Made by a program: the position numbers and the translations under genes
From: Antedon mediterranea
Taxonomy: Eukaryota > Animalia > Echinodermata
Length of the DNA: 64,000 bases
Direction of reading: 5' to 3'
Assembly (NCBI RefSeq): GCF_964355755.1
Contig: NC_092671.1
Span: forward strand, 1,798,001 to 1,862,000
Shown: piece by piece, positions 63,501 through 64,000 of the stretch
Numbering within the stretch: position 1 is the first letter of the stretch
Layout: each line of letters starts with the position of its first letter
Notes under the pieces: generated by a model
The model's input: only the letters and a program-made list of their open reading frames with translations
What the model was told of the DNA's origin: nothing
Database searches by the model: none

Positions 63501-64000
63501 AGGATCTGGAGAGAGCTGCCTTCTGAGTGGCACACATTGAGGAAATATTTCCATCAAATACTCTGCGACAGCTTTGTTTGCAAGGATCATGAATTCTTCA
63601 ATCAGTGAATGTGCAAGAGGACATGATGCCTCTTCTTCATTTTCATCCTCATTGTATGAAAATCTACCTTCCTTAAGGCGCGCTGCACGAGTCTTCTGAG
63701 CTAATTCATTCAGTACATGAATTGCAGTTACAATGGATGGTTTTACATCATTGTTTCCATTATGAATGATGTCTTCTACTTCTTTGTACATGAATTTTTG
63801 TCTGGATTGAATCACAGATTTCACTATTTTTGTGTTAGAATGTAGACCGTCATTTCTTATGTCCATAAACACAGACATTGCTAATCTATCTTTTCCTGGA
63901 ATTAAACTGCAAAAGTTGGTACTAAGTCGTGATGGCAGCATGTTGATGGGAGCTGAAAGTGTTGGATAATATGTAGTGGCTCTCTTCTTTGCCTCTTCAT
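57530..64000 (-). CDS. HELZ2: Gene D: second HELZ2-like paralog, 3' part (RNB and helicase 2); 5' end lies beyond the window
   Basis: Large exon 62050->64000 parallels gene C; downstream exons (e.g. 61455-61718, 61078-61172, last exon 57530-57633 ending DFKP*) keep gene C intron positions. Confidence 0.88.

Noticed and set aside
38594-64000. Prokaryotic defence-system or viral interpretation of the helicase/RNase ORFs
   Set aside because: The ORFs are exons separated by GT-AG introns at positions conserved between paralogs

Overview
AT-rich eukaryotic (animal) genomic DNA with spliceosomal introns; the repeat types and death-fold genes suggest a marine invertebrate, possibly a deuterostome (inference only). 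Left third (1-19.1 kb): a 21-bp-unit satellite, then a nested transposon complex. A Helentron-type non-autonomous element (4358-19118) contains a Gypsy LTR retrotransposon (4804-17935). That element is interrupted by two TIR DNA elements, a Helitron and a second Gypsy element (9361-14108) whose gag segment is inverted relative to pol. Right two-thirds (20-64 kb): a minus-strand tandem cluster of probable innate-immune genes. One complete 23-coding-exon gene (38594-53475, about 3154 aa by my hand-built exon chain) fuses tandem death-effector-like domains and a TRADD-N-like domain to a HELZ2-type body (zinc fingers, SF1 helicase, RNB exoribonuclease, SF1 helicase). The cluster also holds a second HELZ2-like paralog running off the window, two short paralogs that carry the DED-DED/TRADD-N head without the helicase/RNB body, and a deleted HELZ2 relic. 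Domain names come from motif recognition by eye, not from database searches; coordinates were counted by hand and may be off by a few bases.
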